Assembly: GCA_024975835.1 (NCBI GenBank)
Contig: GCA_024975835.1_4840.1
Strand: one strand, 5' to 3'
DNA from: a phage
DNA length: 64,000 nt
Both the position numbers and the translations under genes were made by a program. The notes beneath the pieces were generated by a model, which made no database searches, was not told the origin of the DNA, and was given only the letters and a program-made list of their open reading frames with translations. Each line of letters opens with the position of its first letter. The stretch's first letter is position 1. Positions 1 through 10,013 of the stretch are shown here, piece after piece.

Positions 1-766
1 CCATGGTGAACTTCTCGTTGTTGACCTCAAGTCGAATACCATCCTGCCTCGTGCTGTCGGTAACGGTAAACTCAACAGTGTGATTCAGACAGGAGAACCC
101 CTGGAAGATCGTTATCGGGTGATCTACCGGGTGTGGGATGTTATCCCGTACGACAACTGGTTCAACGCCCAGCGCGTGGATACCCCGTATGAGCGCCGCT
201 TCGATATCATCCAGCAACTGTTTGATGAAGACGACGGTCTGGTTCAGGTTCAGGAAACCCGCGTTGTTCACTCATTTGCCGAAGCCGTCGACCACTTCAA
301 AGACGCGCTGGCTCGCAAAGAAGAAGGCACGATATGTAAGGCCGCCGACATGCCTTGGGAAGATGGTACTTCTTCTGAAGGTCTGAAGCTGAAGATGGAG
401 GTTGAGTGTGACCTTGAAATCGTGGGCTTCAACGAGGCTGACAAGAAGGGTAAACACGCCAAGACTTTTGGCTCACTGATTTGTAAAACTTCCGACAGCC
501 TGCTTGTTGTTGGCGTATCAGGGATCTCAGATGAGCTGAGACGCCATATGTGGGAGAACCAGGGCGACTACATTGGCAAGATCGCCGCAGTGCTCTCCAA
601 TGGCGTACAGGATAAGACAGATGATGCGATGAAGTCTTTGTTCCTACCTCGCCTTGTAGAAGTCCGCATTGACAAGAAAGTGGCCAACACACTGGATGAA
701 GTCTATGCGATACAGAAAGCGTACATTGAAAACATAGCATTCCTGTTGGAGAAGAGTAATGGGTGA
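1..766 (+). CDS. ATP-dependent DNA ligase, C-terminal part (5' end upstream of window)
   Basis: Frame open from window start; track lists it from an internal Met at 80. Ligase-like motifs EGTICK and LKLK, and a C-terminal region resembling T4 gp30 (DLEIVG, YIGKI, FLPRLVEVRIDK). Confidence 0.8.
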   Translation, partial: HGELLVVDLKSNTILPRAVGNGKLNSVIQTGEPLEDRYRVIYRVWDVIPYDNWFNAQRVDTPYERRFDIIQQLFDEDDGLVQVQETRVVHSFAEAVDHFKDALARKEEGTICKAADMPWEDGTSSEGLKLKMEVECDLEIVGFNEADKKGKHAKTFGSLICKTSDSLLVVGVSGISDELRRHMWENQGDYIGKIAAVLSNGVQDKTDDAMKSLFLPRLVEVRIDKKVANTLDEVYAIQKAYIENIAFLLEKSNG

Positions 767-992
767 GTATATGAGTTTCTGGTGGGCGAAGTTCTTGGTT
801 GAACTTCAGATATCCGGCATTGTCTTCTTGATCGCCGTGATCCCAGTTGCCCGTTCGGCGTTCAAGCAATGGCGCTGCAAACACAGCACCTATCGTGAGA
901 ACCATGCTTGCCATGCTATCTGCACCCATTGCGGGAAGGATCTTGGGTTTGTGGGCACTGTTCGCAACATGAAGAATCACAAAGAGGTGTGA
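759..992 (+). CDS. hypothetical small Cys/His-rich protein
   Basis: 77-aa ORF abutting ligase stop; C-x-H-x-C-x2-C cluster suggests a zinc ribbon. Confidence 0.3.
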   Translation: MGEYMSFWWAKFLVELQISGIVFLIAVIPVARSAFKQWRCKHSTYRENHACHAICTHCGKDLGFVGTVRNMKNHKEV

Positions 993-996
993 TCTG

Positions 997-1254
997 ATGG
1001 ACGAGCTATTCGCATTGGTGATTGCATTAACGTTCTTGCTGTCCTTGATTATCAGCTCGCTTGTGATGCTGCTGGTGTGGATAGCTATTCCCGAGATCAA
1101 TAACCACAAGGCGCTTGTTGTCGTGATTATCCTAGGTCTGAGTGCTTCCCTTACTCTTCACTATTCCAAACAGGAGTATAATCCTAACAAATATTACAAG
1201 ACATTAGCGGAACGATATCATGATTTCAAAACTTCGAGAAGTCAAGGAAAATAA
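997..1254 (+). CDS. hypothetical small membrane protein
   Basis: 85-aa ORF with a long hydrophobic N-terminal stretch. Confidence 0.35.
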   Translation: MDELFALVIALTFLLSLIISSLVMLLVWIAIPEINNHKALVVVIILGLSASLTLHYSKQEYNPNKYYKTLAERYHDFKTSRSQGK

Positions 1255-1561
1255 TGACTCTCTGTTCCTATTGAAATTCTTGAAGATGATGGGGATGAAC
1301 CAGAGCGCATTGACAAGGGTGCTGTCTTGCTCTAACGTGGTGAACCATTGGGCTATGGGGTATCGAAAGATTCCTGTTTCCTTCAAGCGGTTCATGCTGG
1401 TGTTGCGGTTTATTCACGAACTAGACCTCATGCCAGAGTTGATGAAATACATCAAACACCATGAATCTCAGGGCTGGGGGTCTTCTGATATCAAGCAGAC
1501 CAACTGGCTGAAACTAAACGATGTAGACACTGGGCGAAATAAGAGGAAGCGCAAATGCTGA
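1220..1561 (+). CDS. hypothetical protein
   Basis: 113-aa ORF in co-directional array; start uncertain (overlaps previous ORF). Confidence 0.3.
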   Translation: MISKLREVKENNDSLFLLKFLKMMGMNQSALTRVLSCSNVVNHWAMGYRKIPVSFKRFMLVLRFIHELDLMPELMKYIKHHESQGWGSSDIKQTNWLKLNDVDTGRNKRKRKC

Positions 1562-2214
1562 CAGAGTGGCAAAAGATGGAGTATGAACGGGCGTTCAACG
1601 TTTACTGTGTCTTCATGGCGATCAAACTACACTTCACCACTAAGGACTTCGATTACAGCTTGTATGGACCGATGAATTACAAGTTCGAGACGTTCTTGGC
1701 GAAGGAGGCTGTGTGCAAACAGTTTGCTCGCCTTGCCCGTCGGTTCGAGTCATCACAGGGTGAAGTGGTAGAGAACTACATCATCGCCAACTTCATCAAA
1801 TCACCCAAGACCTGGGTGACGACATTGCTTACACGCCAGGCTCAGGCCAATTATGATGAATACCGTAAGCTGTACGAGAACTTTACATATAACTTCCTTG
1901 AGGAGTTCGAGCGGGAGATGATCCCTGCCATAAGGGAGCGCAACTGCACCTTCATTGAGTACATCAAGGGGACGGGTACAGGTCATCCACCGTTGCTGAC
2001 AGACATCATCATCAAGAAGTTCCCGATTTGGTTCCTTGTCGGTCTGAACAAGATCGTTGGTTTCATTCATCTATACGATACGATTCTGCGTGATGACATC
2101 TACTGGAACTCAGAGGCGTTCTTGCTCAGGAAGACGAATGCTGTGGTTCCGGATGAGGATACCACATATTCAAAACAGAGACTCCGTGAGCTAATACAAG
2201 CCCACGGAATCTGA
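1555..2214 (+). CDS. hypothetical protein, possible gp59-like helicase-loading protein
   Basis: 219-aa ORF; spacing of aromatic and charged residues loosely resembles T4 gp59. Weak, by-eye only. Confidence 0.35.
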   Translation: MLTEWQKMEYERAFNVYCVFMAIKLHFTTKDFDYSLYGPMNYKFETFLAKEAVCKQFARLARRFESSQGEVVENYIIANFIKSPKTWVTTLLTRQAQANYDEYRKLYENFTYNFLEEFEREMIPAIRERNCTFIEYIKGTGTGHPPLLTDIIIKKFPIWFLVGLNKIVGFIHLYDTILRDDIYWNSEAFLLRKTNAVVPDEDTTYSKQRLRELIQAHGI

Positions 2215-4161
2215 TTACCATTCCCACAGGATGCGGGAATTATCTGTTTTGTTCTCAGGCTCAAGATATGAGCTGTTGAAGTTATTGGTCGTGTTGATCC
2301 TCTTAGAAGCATCCACATTCTGCTGTACTGGCATCACGACGCTGGCTGGAGGCGGTGAATAGCCGCCTTGTACTTGCTCAATATTAGACAGCGCCCTCCC
2401 TTGTGATGGCATGGCCCCGCCCAGAGTACCACCCCCGATAGAACCATACGCAGCTTTCAGCTGAGAGGTGCGGTCATTAGTCATATTCTTGTCATCCGAA
2501 GACGCACCAGAAGGTATTGGAGTCAGCGTTTGTGGATCGATGTTCGGTTGTGCTGGCGTCTGTGGCTGCTGGGTCTCTGTCACATTAGGAGATGGATTCT
2601 CATCAGTGTCAATCAGCATAGACTGGCGAGCCTCATCCATCTTCTGCTTCGCAGCCTGTCCACCCAGAGCGTCAGGGATGATGCTGACGAACTTGTCAAC
2701 GATATCGAACATCGCATTGGTGATTGTGTTCAGCATGTTGAAGAAAGGTTTCTTCACATTTTCGGCAAATCCCTTCTTGATTTCGTCAATAACCTTGTTG
2801 GCCACACCCATGCCCTCGTCGATCACACTACTGATACCCCCTGTGATCCAGTCTACCAGCTTTATCAACTCGGACTGTAGGTTGTCTGCTAACTTGCCAG
2901 GGATATCCGTAAGAGACGTGTCTCTCCCGATCCCTGCAAACAAGTCGTTGCTAATCCAGTCGATAATACCATTCAGCCAACGAGCGGGAGCCTCAGTGAT
3001 CATGAGGGTGTATTTGCGCAGGGTTTCACCCGCCTCGGTATCAAAGCCAAAGATCTTGGACACCCAGTCAAATAGATCACCAAATCCACCAACCAGTTCT
3101 GATATCCCCGCCCGTACTCGGTCAACTATCGTGACAGCACCTTTACCCAGGATCTCCTTCGCATCAATGAAGCCTTTACCGAAGTCCCAGATCATAGACA
3201 GGAGAGCCAGTGGGCCGACTTTCAGGAACTTGAACACCTTCCCAAATGGACCCAGAAGTTTGGTGATACCTTCTCCCAGCTTGGAGAACATACCGAGGAA
3301 AGCCCCGACAACGCCACCGATGATCTTGAACGGCTTGAGCAAGAATCCCTTCAGTGCATTCAGACCGAGCATAGCAGCCACAGCAGCCCCGATACCGGAG
3401 GAATCGTCTTTCTGGTCATCGTCTTTGGGTATAACAGAACCCGCCTGAGGATGACCACCTGTTTCTTTGTCGGTTTCCCCACGGCGCATCTCGTCCTTCT
3501 CACGCCACTTCTGGTCTTCATCAAAGATGCGTGTCAACACTCCAACGATATGACCACCCGTGCGCCCAATCTTGTTTTCAATACTAGACAGGCGAGTAAG
3601 GGTGTCATCGGAGTTCTTTTTCAGTTCAGCAACATCGTCACGAACTTCGATCATCACTCCGTCGATCATGTTCAAGAATGATCCTACGCGGACCAGAGAC
3701 ACGCTCTGCTCGTCCATGCGCTTGAGGGTGTCATCATTGGCAGACTTCAGCTGGTCTGAGATCAGGTTAAGATACTCCAGGGACGTGTCATCTGTTGGCA
3801 TACGGGTGATCTCACCGAGGCGGTCAATCTTGCCTGCGATATTCTCCAGTTCCCGATTGCCTTCGTTACCCACATCGACAGTATCTTTCATCCATACGCT
3901 GAAGTCGCGGGTGAAGATCGGAGACATGCGAGCGAATCCCATGACGATCTCATTGACCGTCGGGATACGGATTTCAAATGGCTTGGACTCGGCCTTGGTG
4001 CCCTGTTTGGTGGCAGATTCCAGCTTGGCCAGATTCTTGTTCATCCGGTCAAGCTGTTTGTTGGTTTCATTCTGAGCGCGGAGTTGTTTGCGCTGCATCA
4101 TCTCCGCCTTGATCTTGTCTAGAACTTTGACAACATCGTTGTTCGTTGCTTCCTGTGCCAT
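2215..4161 (-). CDS. tape-measure-like or internal tail protein
   Basis: 648 aa; coiled-coil-prone N-terminal half, long Gly-rich hydrophobic segment, Pro/Gln-rich C-terminus. Last gene of a minus-strand late operon. Confidence 0.5.
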   Translation of the reverse strand: MAQEATNNDVVKVLDKIKAEMMQRKQLRAQNETNKQLDRMNKNLAKLESATKQGTKAESKPFEIRIPTVNEIVMGFARMSPIFTRDFSVWMKDTVDVGNEGNRELENIAGKIDRLGEITRMPTDDTSLEYLNLISDQLKSANDDTLKRMDEQSVSLVRVGSFLNMIDGVMIEVRDDVAELKKNSDDTLTRLSSIENKIGRTGGHIVGVLTRIFDEDQKWREKDEMRRGETDKETGGHPQAGSVIPKDDDQKDDSSGIGAAVAAMLGLNALKGFLLKPFKIIGGVVGAFLGMFSKLGEGITKLLGPFGKVFKFLKVGPLALLSMIWDFGKGFIDAKEILGKGAVTIVDRVRAGISELVGGFGDLFDWVSKIFGFDTEAGETLRKYTLMITEAPARWLNGIIDWISNDLFAGIGRDTSLTDIPGKLADNLQSELIKLVDWITGGISSVIDEGMGVANKVIDEIKKGFAENVKKPFFNMLNTITNAMFDIVDKFVSIIPDALGGQAAKQKMDEARQSMLIDTDENPSPNVTETQQPQTPAQPNIDPQTLTPIPSGASSDDKNMTNDRTSQLKAAYGSIGGGTLGGAMPSQGRALSNIEQVQGGYSPPPASVVMPVQQNVDASKRINTTNNFNSSYLEPENKTDNSRILWEW

Positions 4162-4172
4162 GGGTCACCTCG

Positions 4173-5561
4173 TTAAACCTTCTGTGCTTGGCCTTTCTCA
4201 ATCGCCTGAGGAGTAGTGGTGGAAGCAGTTGTCTGATTGGTCTGAGGTGGAAGCACCTGCTCCAGCAAACTGTCCTTGGCAATCTCAGCGATGCACTGAT
4301 AATCTTTGGTCAGGCGGGAAATCTTGTGACGCACTTTGGTCACGATATAGTGGCCTGTCGATAGCTTACTTAACTCTGCCAGGTTTTCGTTCTTCTTAGG
4401 ACGGTTGGACTGGTCTTCGACGTAGAACACCTGACCGACGTTCAGGCGGTTATCACCAACGAGCAACACGCGCATCACAGTGCTGGCAAGACTGAAGTTG
4501 ATAACACGACGAGCATAATCAATCTGCTCCGCTCCATCCGGCTGGGCTTCAATGTAACGGACGTTCTGACGATTGAATTCATCTGAGAACATCGGGAACG
4601 GATCAAGGTGAGCCGTCTCTGCAAACCACTCAGTATAGATGCGCTGTGTTGGGGTGACTGTCTTGGTCTCAAAGTCGTAGACGCGCTCGTTCACCGCCAG
4701 GACATCGCGGTAGTTTGCCATGAACTGGTCACGCGCCAGCTTCTTCTCTGCCTTGATGATCGTGCGCATAAAGCGCTCAGAGTTGAAGTTGTTATCCTGC
4801 ATGAGCGGCGCGTCCTGAGGATCACGGAACAACTTGTTCTGCTGAGCTAGTTCCTGCTTCTCTTCTGCTGTCAATGACTGGCTACCCTGGTTGAACAACG
4901 TCGTCAGGCTCTTGAAGTGATAGCCATTGAAGTCTTCATAGAACACGAATGGCATGAACAATTCGTCATAAGAACGGCTCGCCATATAATCAATAGATCG
5001 CAGCACAGGCCAGAGCGGGGTGGCGAACCGCTCTTGAATTCCATACGACGGGTCGATGTCTTCGAACTTGGTGCGCGACTCCAACTGATTGAAGATCACC
5101 TTTGCCATGTCAGAATACGAACCGTCAAGACCGAGGGAGCATCGGATCATGCTGTCCTTGTAGGCATCGGTAGTCACCATGTGCAACCAGAATGCTTTCT
5201 TGGACGAGCTGTTGGACTCATCAGCTACGCGCCCAACACGCGCCACGCGCAGGGAGAGAGTGGTGTATTCCGAGGCCGCCGGACTCTTGAATGACACCAC
5301 AACTTCTTCACCACCCAAGATAGGCATTGTGTCAAGAATGTCCCACCCTTCTTTTATCAAGACATTGGCTGTAAGTGATGGAGATGACTTCCCTTCAAGA
5401 CCCAGATCCTGGAAGACGTTGAACTCCTCAAACAACGCCGTCAGGTCATATGGCGTTGGTGTTCCACCCTGGGGCGTATGAGGGAGGATCGCCATATACT
5501 TCAGGTCAAATGTTGTTGACGGTGTTACAATACCGTCTTGGGTCTCTCTGTTTTCGATCAT
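4173..5561 (-). CDS. putative virion structural protein (baseplate or tail)
   Basis: 462-aa ORF tightly packed between structural-type neighbours on the same strand; no diagnostic motif. Confidence 0.4.
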   Translation of the reverse strand: MIENRETQDGIVTPSTTFDLKYMAILPHTPQGGTPTPYDLTALFEEFNVFQDLGLEGKSSPSLTANVLIKEGWDILDTMPILGGEEVVVSFKSPAASEYTTLSLRVARVGRVADESNSSSKKAFWLHMVTTDAYKDSMIRCSLGLDGSYSDMAKVIFNQLESRTKFEDIDPSYGIQERFATPLWPVLRSIDYMASRSYDELFMPFVFYEDFNGYHFKSLTTLFNQGSQSLTAEEKQELAQQNKLFRDPQDAPLMQDNNFNSERFMRTIIKAEKKLARDQFMANYRDVLAVNERVYDFETKTVTPTQRIYTEWFAETAHLDPFPMFSDEFNRQNVRYIEAQPDGAEQIDYARRVINFSLASTVMRVLLVGDNRLNVGQVFYVEDQSNRPKKNENLAELSKLSTGHYIVTKVRHKISRLTKDYQCIAEIAKDSLLEQVLPPQTNQTTASTTTPQAIEKGQAQKV

Positions 5562-6112
5562 TTCGCCAACTCCTGCTCCAGCTGATTGACAAACGAAGAC
5601 ACATAATCTGGGTCGAGTACTCGGATGTTCCGTTTGGCTTCGTTCTTACTGATTGCATCATCATGGTATGAAACTGCCGTCAGACCATAGTTAGCAATTA
5701 TGGACGGCTCATCTAGGTCTAGGTTATATGCAAATTTGATAGCACGGGCGTCGGTCACATTGTTGAACTGGTCGACATAATAGGCTGTATCCCACATACC
5801 ATCGATGCCGTAATCTGCAGTCAGTTCTTCAATAATACGGCGTTCCGGTTTCGGCCAGTCCTTATTGATGTCCATGATGCCGTTTATCAGACAAGGTATC
5901 CAAAACAACTCGAAGGATCCGTAAACGCGTTCTGCGAAAGACCTTGGGGTTTCCCCCTCTTGGATCGTATACGGCAGCAGAAGCCCTTCGATGTCCTTAA
6001 TTTTCTGTAAGATCATCACCCGGCGCGTTAAGTTCTGTAACAACACCTGATCATTCTCTTGGACATCTTGCAATTGATGCCAAACAAGTGGAAACTTCTC
6101 AAAATATTTCAT
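5558..6112 (-). CDS. putative virion structural protein
   Basis: 184-aa ORF overlapping the downstream gene by 4 nt (operon coupling). Confidence 0.4.
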   Translation of the reverse strand: MKYFEKFPLVWHQLQDVQENDQVLLQNLTRRVMILQKIKDIEGLLLPYTIQEGETPRSFAERVYGSFELFWIPCLINGIMDINKDWPKPERRIIEELTADYGIDGMWDTAYYVDQFNNVTDARAIKFAYNLDLDEPSIIANYGLTAVSYHDDAISKNEAKRNIRVLDPDYVSSFVNQLEQELAK

Positions 6113-6123
6113 GGCATCCTCTC

Positions 6124-7092
6124 TTAGAAGCTATCGCCTTCGGTTTCAAAGCGCCCTTTATGTAGAGGCTCCAGTTCAATGAAGGTCATGTCAACCTGCG
6201 TGGACACGATACCATCATCTTTGTGAACCGCATATGAACTGTCCGGCGTCTCGTTGACGAACATGTTGGAAAGTACACAAGTGGAGATGCGGTGCAGCCA
6301 CTGGTTACGCTCCCCATTGACCATGAACGTAATGTCGAATGTTGAAGGATGCAAGTAAAACGCGCTGGAATTCTTGTTGTACTTGTACTCTGGGTACATA
6401 TGCATCTTGAACATGCGGATGATCTCACGGACCATCTTGGCTTCCTTCTGAGATCGCGGCGTGAATTTGAATGTAAATGGAATCTCACGGTTGCGAACAC
6501 CCTGGAAGATCATCTCCACGTATGGGTTGGTCATGGTGCCTGTGAACAACTCAAGGGTGTCATGGGCGTTAATGCTCGGCAGGAATGGAATAGCCTCCGA
6601 CGCAGATTGGATAGCCTTGGTGGCAGCGAATCGCCCCATCTCCTTCCCGACGTTGAGCGCATCACCCAGTTTAAACTGAGTCATGTCTTGGGCGGCGCGG
6701 GAAAGGAACTGTGCCCCCATACCAGCCAGCCCCAGCTCACTACCATTCCAGCCAACACCATAGTTGGTTGTAATGGACTCAGGCATACAAAGTACGATAG
6801 ACTCGTTTGAACGAACGTGACGCGCCCATGCATATTTGGTGATGGAACCAGACTTGGACCCATAGACCACAGGAGTATTCCCCAGAGGGTTCTGTATTGG
6901 GTTCTCGATAGTCTGAGTAGCCGTATTGCCATAAGATGAACCGGAGATGCGGTTGATGTTGAATAGGACATAGTGTCCCAAGGTCTTACCCCCAGTGACG
7001 TCTAGGGGATAAGACAATTGCTTCTGAGCCTGGGACAATCCCTTCGTGTTCAGAACCTTGATCTTATCGATTGTCTTCTTGAAGTCGGACAT
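6124..7092 (-). CDS. putative virion structural protein, first gene of late operon
   Basis: 322-aa ORF; CTAAATA motif on the minus strand 35 nt upstream of its start. Confidence 0.45.
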   Translation of the reverse strand: MSDFKKTIDKIKVLNTKGLSQAQKQLSYPLDVTGGKTLGHYVLFNINRISGSSYGNTATQTIENPIQNPLGNTPVVYGSKSGSITKYAWARHVRSNESIVLCMPESITTNYGVGWNGSELGLAGMGAQFLSRAAQDMTQFKLGDALNVGKEMGRFAATKAIQSASEAIPFLPSINAHDTLELFTGTMTNPYVEMIFQGVRNREIPFTFKFTPRSQKEAKMVREIIRMFKMHMYPEYKYNKNSSAFYLHPSTFDITFMVNGERNQWLHRISTCVLSNMFVNETPDSSYAVHKDDGIVSTQVDMTFIELEPLHKGRFETEGDSF

Positions 7093-7126
7093 GGTCTCAG
7101 CCCTTAAATAGATAGAGTGTTATGAC

Positions 7127-7133
7127 TATTTAG
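7127..7133 (-). promoter_or_regulatory. late-promoter-like CTAAATA motif
   Basis: Minus-strand CTAAATA 35 nt upstream of the ATG at 7092; same motif and spacing recur before other structural genes. Confidence 0.35.
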
Positions 7134-7142
7134 GACTAGATT

Positions 7143-7880
7143 ATGAGATACTTCGTCTACCAGATAACCAATCTTCTAAACGGTAAGATATATGTTGGTG
7201 CCCACAAAGGCGAACCGGATGATGGCTATATGGGTTCTGGTGTTATGATAACCAGAGCAATCAAGAAACATGGAGTTGAAAACTTCAGAAAGGATATTTT
7301 ATTGGAGTGTGAAACTCAGGAACAAATGTACCTAGAAGAATCCAGAATAGTAACCAAAGATTTTATAGAAAGGGAAGATACATACAATTTGACGCTGGGT
7401 GGATGTGGATCCTTCGACCACATCAATTCAGACCCAGAGGCTAGAAAGCAGGCGTCTACCAAAGCTCTGAACACATTACTCTCTAAACCAAAAGAAGAAC
7501 TGGAAAGAATTTATCGTTCAAGAGCGCTAAACGGTTCTAGAAATTTTTGGTTTGGGAAAGATCGTTCGGGAGAAAATAACCCAAGATTTGGTTGTGTTGT
7601 AGACCAGCAAACCAGGGACAAAATAAGAAATTCAAATAAGCGACTTGTTGAATTGGGGTTGGTAGATTACTCTAATTGCAAAGGGGCTGTGACGAAAGAA
7701 GGGCGCGAGAGAATATCCGAGGCCAATTCCCGAGAATTCAAATTCATCAACCCAGAAGGGCAGTTGGTGACAATTGTCAACCTGGCAAAATTTTGTAAAG
7801 AAAACGGTTTGAGCGAAGGCTCCATGGGCCACGTAAACAAGGGTCGCAATTTACAGCATAAAGGTTGGAGGAAAGCATAA
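7143..7880 (+). CDS. GIY-YIG homing endonuclease (free-standing, Seg-like)
   Basis: N-terminus YFVYQITNLLNGKIYVGAHKG...YMGSG matches the GIY-YIG signature; basic C-terminal region fits a DNA-binding domain. Confidence 0.85.
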   Translation: MRYFVYQITNLLNGKIYVGAHKGEPDDGYMGSGVMITRAIKKHGVENFRKDILLECETQEQMYLEESRIVTKDFIEREDTYNLTLGGCGSFDHINSDPEARKQASTKALNTLLSKPKEELERIYRSRALNGSRNFWFGKDRSGENNPRFGCVVDQQTRDKIRNSNKRLVELGLVDYSNCKGAVTKEGRERISEANSREFKFINPEGQLVTIVNLAKFCKENGLSEGSMGHVNKGRNLQHKGWRKA

Positions 7881-8494
7881 TGGCGCAATATCTTCAAGGG
7901 AAATATGTTCCTGTCAATCCTAAAAAGTACAAAGGCAACCCAAACAAAATCGTATTTCGATCTTCTTTGGAACTTGTGGCTTTCAAGTTTTGTGATACTA
8001 ATCCTGCGATCATTTTCTGGGAAAACGAGGAGACCGTAATCCCTTACATTTCCCCAGTAGACGGGCGCACCCATCGTTACTTCATGGACCTCAAGGTCTG
8101 GACGCGCCGTGAAGGGCAAGAGGAACTACAGGTCACCCTCATTGAGATCAAGCCCAAAGACCAGATCAAGCAGCCGAAGAAGACTCCGAACATGAAGGAG
8201 TCGACATTCAACAATGCGATGCGAACCTGGTTGGTCAACTCTGCCAAGTGGCAGGCCACCCGCGAACTGTGTGCCAAGAAGAACTGGAAGTTCATTATCT
8301 GGACCGAAGAGCATCTTGTTCCAGGTGAAGATCCGGATGTTCGTAAACAGTTTGAGCTGAAGTCGAAGAAGAAACGGGATATGGAGATGCAAGATCGCCG
8401 ACATGCCGAACGTGTCAGGGTGCTGAAGGAACAGATGCGGAAGGAGATTAAACCCGCCCCAACGGAGCGGGATGATGGACTGCTATTACCTTAA
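7880..8494 (+). CDS. hypothetical protein with PD-(D/E)XK-like motif
   Basis: Start chosen at ATG 7880 (GGAGG upstream, TAATG overlap with endonuclease stop); MDLK...IEIKPK resembles a D...E-x-K nuclease core; Lys/Arg-rich C-terminus. Confidence 0.45.
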   Translation: MAQYLQGKYVPVNPKKYKGNPNKIVFRSSLELVAFKFCDTNPAIIFWENEETVIPYISPVDGRTHRYFMDLKVWTRREGQEELQVTLIEIKPKDQIKQPKKTPNMKESTFNNAMRTWLVNSAKWQATRELCAKKNWKFIIWTEEHLVPGEDPDVRKQFELKSKKKRDMEMQDRRHAERVRVLKEQMRKEIKPAPTERDDGLLLP

Positions 8495-8703
8495 CTTCTC
8501 TTGTGGCCAGGGGCGTAACAGGTATGCCTGTCGCGCCCGATTTTCCAACCATCAGCCCGAGCCTGCCTGACACACTCACCCCAAGTCTCACCAGTGTATT
8601 GTTTGAACCCGCACTTGGGATGATGTTCTTCCCAAGCCCAACTGCATGATTTGCAGTCTGAACATTCACAATATAGATCTATGGTGTAGCCTGAAGCGAT
8701 CAT
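8491..8703 (-). CDS. hypothetical small Cys-rich protein
   Basis: 70 aa with 8 Cys (CECSDCKSC...C...C). Confidence 0.4.
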   Translation of the reverse strand: MIASGYTIDLYCECSDCKSCSWAWEEHHPKCGFKQYTGETWGECVRQARADGWKIGRDRHTCYAPGHKRS

Positions 8704-8705
8704 GA

Positions 8706-9113
8706 TCAGTCGTCCAGGTGGTCGTAGATCTTCTGACGGAACGCATTACCACCAGCACAACCCTTGGCCAGCAGGTGGGTGCCGCCCGTACCGATCACGC
8801 TGATTGTTGAGAAGCCCAGGATGCGACCTGTGATGGACTGATCAACCTTCACTGTCTCCACCTTACCGATGCGCAACTCATCAGCATCACGACGGATGAA
8901 ACCACGTTTGACGATGACACGCTTATTAGTCACAGCGAATTCAGTTGTCAATACATTTAAAATTGTTGGTATCAGAAATAACAAGCTGAATCCAAATGTT
9001 GGGATAAACGTTAAAATAACCAGAACGTAAATCCAAAAACCGCTCCACCAGGTCGGGCGGGTGAAGGCAATAACGTGCTCGTCTTTGCCGAGCATACGAT
9101 CTACATAACGCAT
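8706..9113 (-). CDS. membrane protein with bacterial PH-like domain
   Basis: 135 aa; two hydrophobic helices followed by a soluble domain resembling YdbS/YdbT-type bPH proteins. Confidence 0.45.
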   Translation of the reverse strand: MRYVDRMLGKDEHVIAFTRPTWWSGFWIYVLVILTFIPTFGFSLLFLIPTILNVLTTEFAVTNKRVIVKRGFIRRDADELRIGKVETVKVDQSITGRILGFSTISVIGTGGTHLLAKGCAGGNAFRQKIYDHLDD

Positions 9114-9123
9114 GATAAATTCC

Positions 9124-9633
9124 TTATTTGTCAGGGTTCACTAAAACAGGGGTGGATACCAGTTCGCCGTTCTTCACAGAATGCTGGGCTACAACAAACT
9201 GATCGACCATGCGATATACTTCAATTCCAGCAGCCAGCATGTCAATAATGCCGTCTATGATACGATATGGTCGGTCATAGAACACTTTAGCGATCTTGCC
9301 ACTGCCGATAATACGACGGGTGCACTCTGGGCATGGACTATGAGTGACAAACATCACCAGGCCACAACAGTCTTCGGTGTGCTGGGGGAGTTTGCTCAGA
9401 GCATTCTCCTCGGCGTGGATAACACCCACCGATACCAGTTGACCGTCTACTTCCTTCTCACAGACATTAGGAGCGCCAGGAGCAGTCCCGTTCCAACCGA
9501 TAGACAGGGGCTGGTCAACACGCGGGTCAACGATAACACAGCCGACCTTCAGGCGTTGTGCATAGCTGGACAGAGCGTATGCATGAGCCGAGCGCATATG
9601 CGCAAATAACATACGGGGTTTGATAGCCATCAC
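9124..9633 (-). CDS. cd: deoxycytidylate (dCMP) deaminase
   Basis: Zinc-binding deaminase motifs HAEENAL and PCPEC with typical spacing; size as T4 Cd. Confidence 0.85.
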   Translation of the reverse strand: MMAIKPRMLFAHMRSAHAYALSSYAQRLKVGCVIVDPRVDQPLSIGWNGTAPGAPNVCEKEVDGQLVSVGVIHAEENALSKLPQHTEDCCGLVMFVTHSPCPECTRRIIGSGKIAKVFYDRPYRIIDGIIDMLAAGIEVYRMVDQFVVAQHSVKNGELVSTPVLVNPDK

Positions 9634-9944
9634 ATCACCAGTTTCTTTTCAAGGAGGAAGATCATGTCGTCTTGGTCTGCACGACCAAAGATCTGACCCA
9701 TGGCGACCATCTGGTGGACTTCCCTGGCAATGATTTCTTTGCCAGGAGTAACTTCATCCAGGTCCATGATAGTGCTGACGCGGTCTACCATGCGCGGCGG
9801 GTGATTAATGTATCGCTGCAGGTACTTCTCACGAGTGGCGATCAAATTGTTCAACTCGGACAGCTCTGTCTCTTCTTCTGAAAAGCGCTTTTCCTTCGCC
9901 TGCAGTTCAGCCAGGCGCTCATACATTTCTTTTAATGGGGTCAT
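9630..9944 (-). CDS. hypothetical protein
   Basis: 104-aa ORF, 4-nt overlap with downstream gene. Confidence 0.45.
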   Translation of the reverse strand: MTPLKEMYERLAELQAKEKRFSEEETELSELNNLIATREKYLQRYINHPPRMVDRVSTIMDLDEVTPGKEIIAREVHQMVAMGQIFGRADQDDMIFLLEKKLVM

Positions 9945-10013
9945 TTCCGGTTCCTCTTAATAAACGAAGGGAAGTATATACTCCCCCTTCTTCAATAACC
10001 GCTGAATCTTTAT

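Noticed and set aside
2468-3448. 326-aa plus-strand ORF
   Set aside because: Lies entirely antisense inside the 648-aa tape-measure-like gene; low-complexity Ser/Pro-rich translation with no start context.
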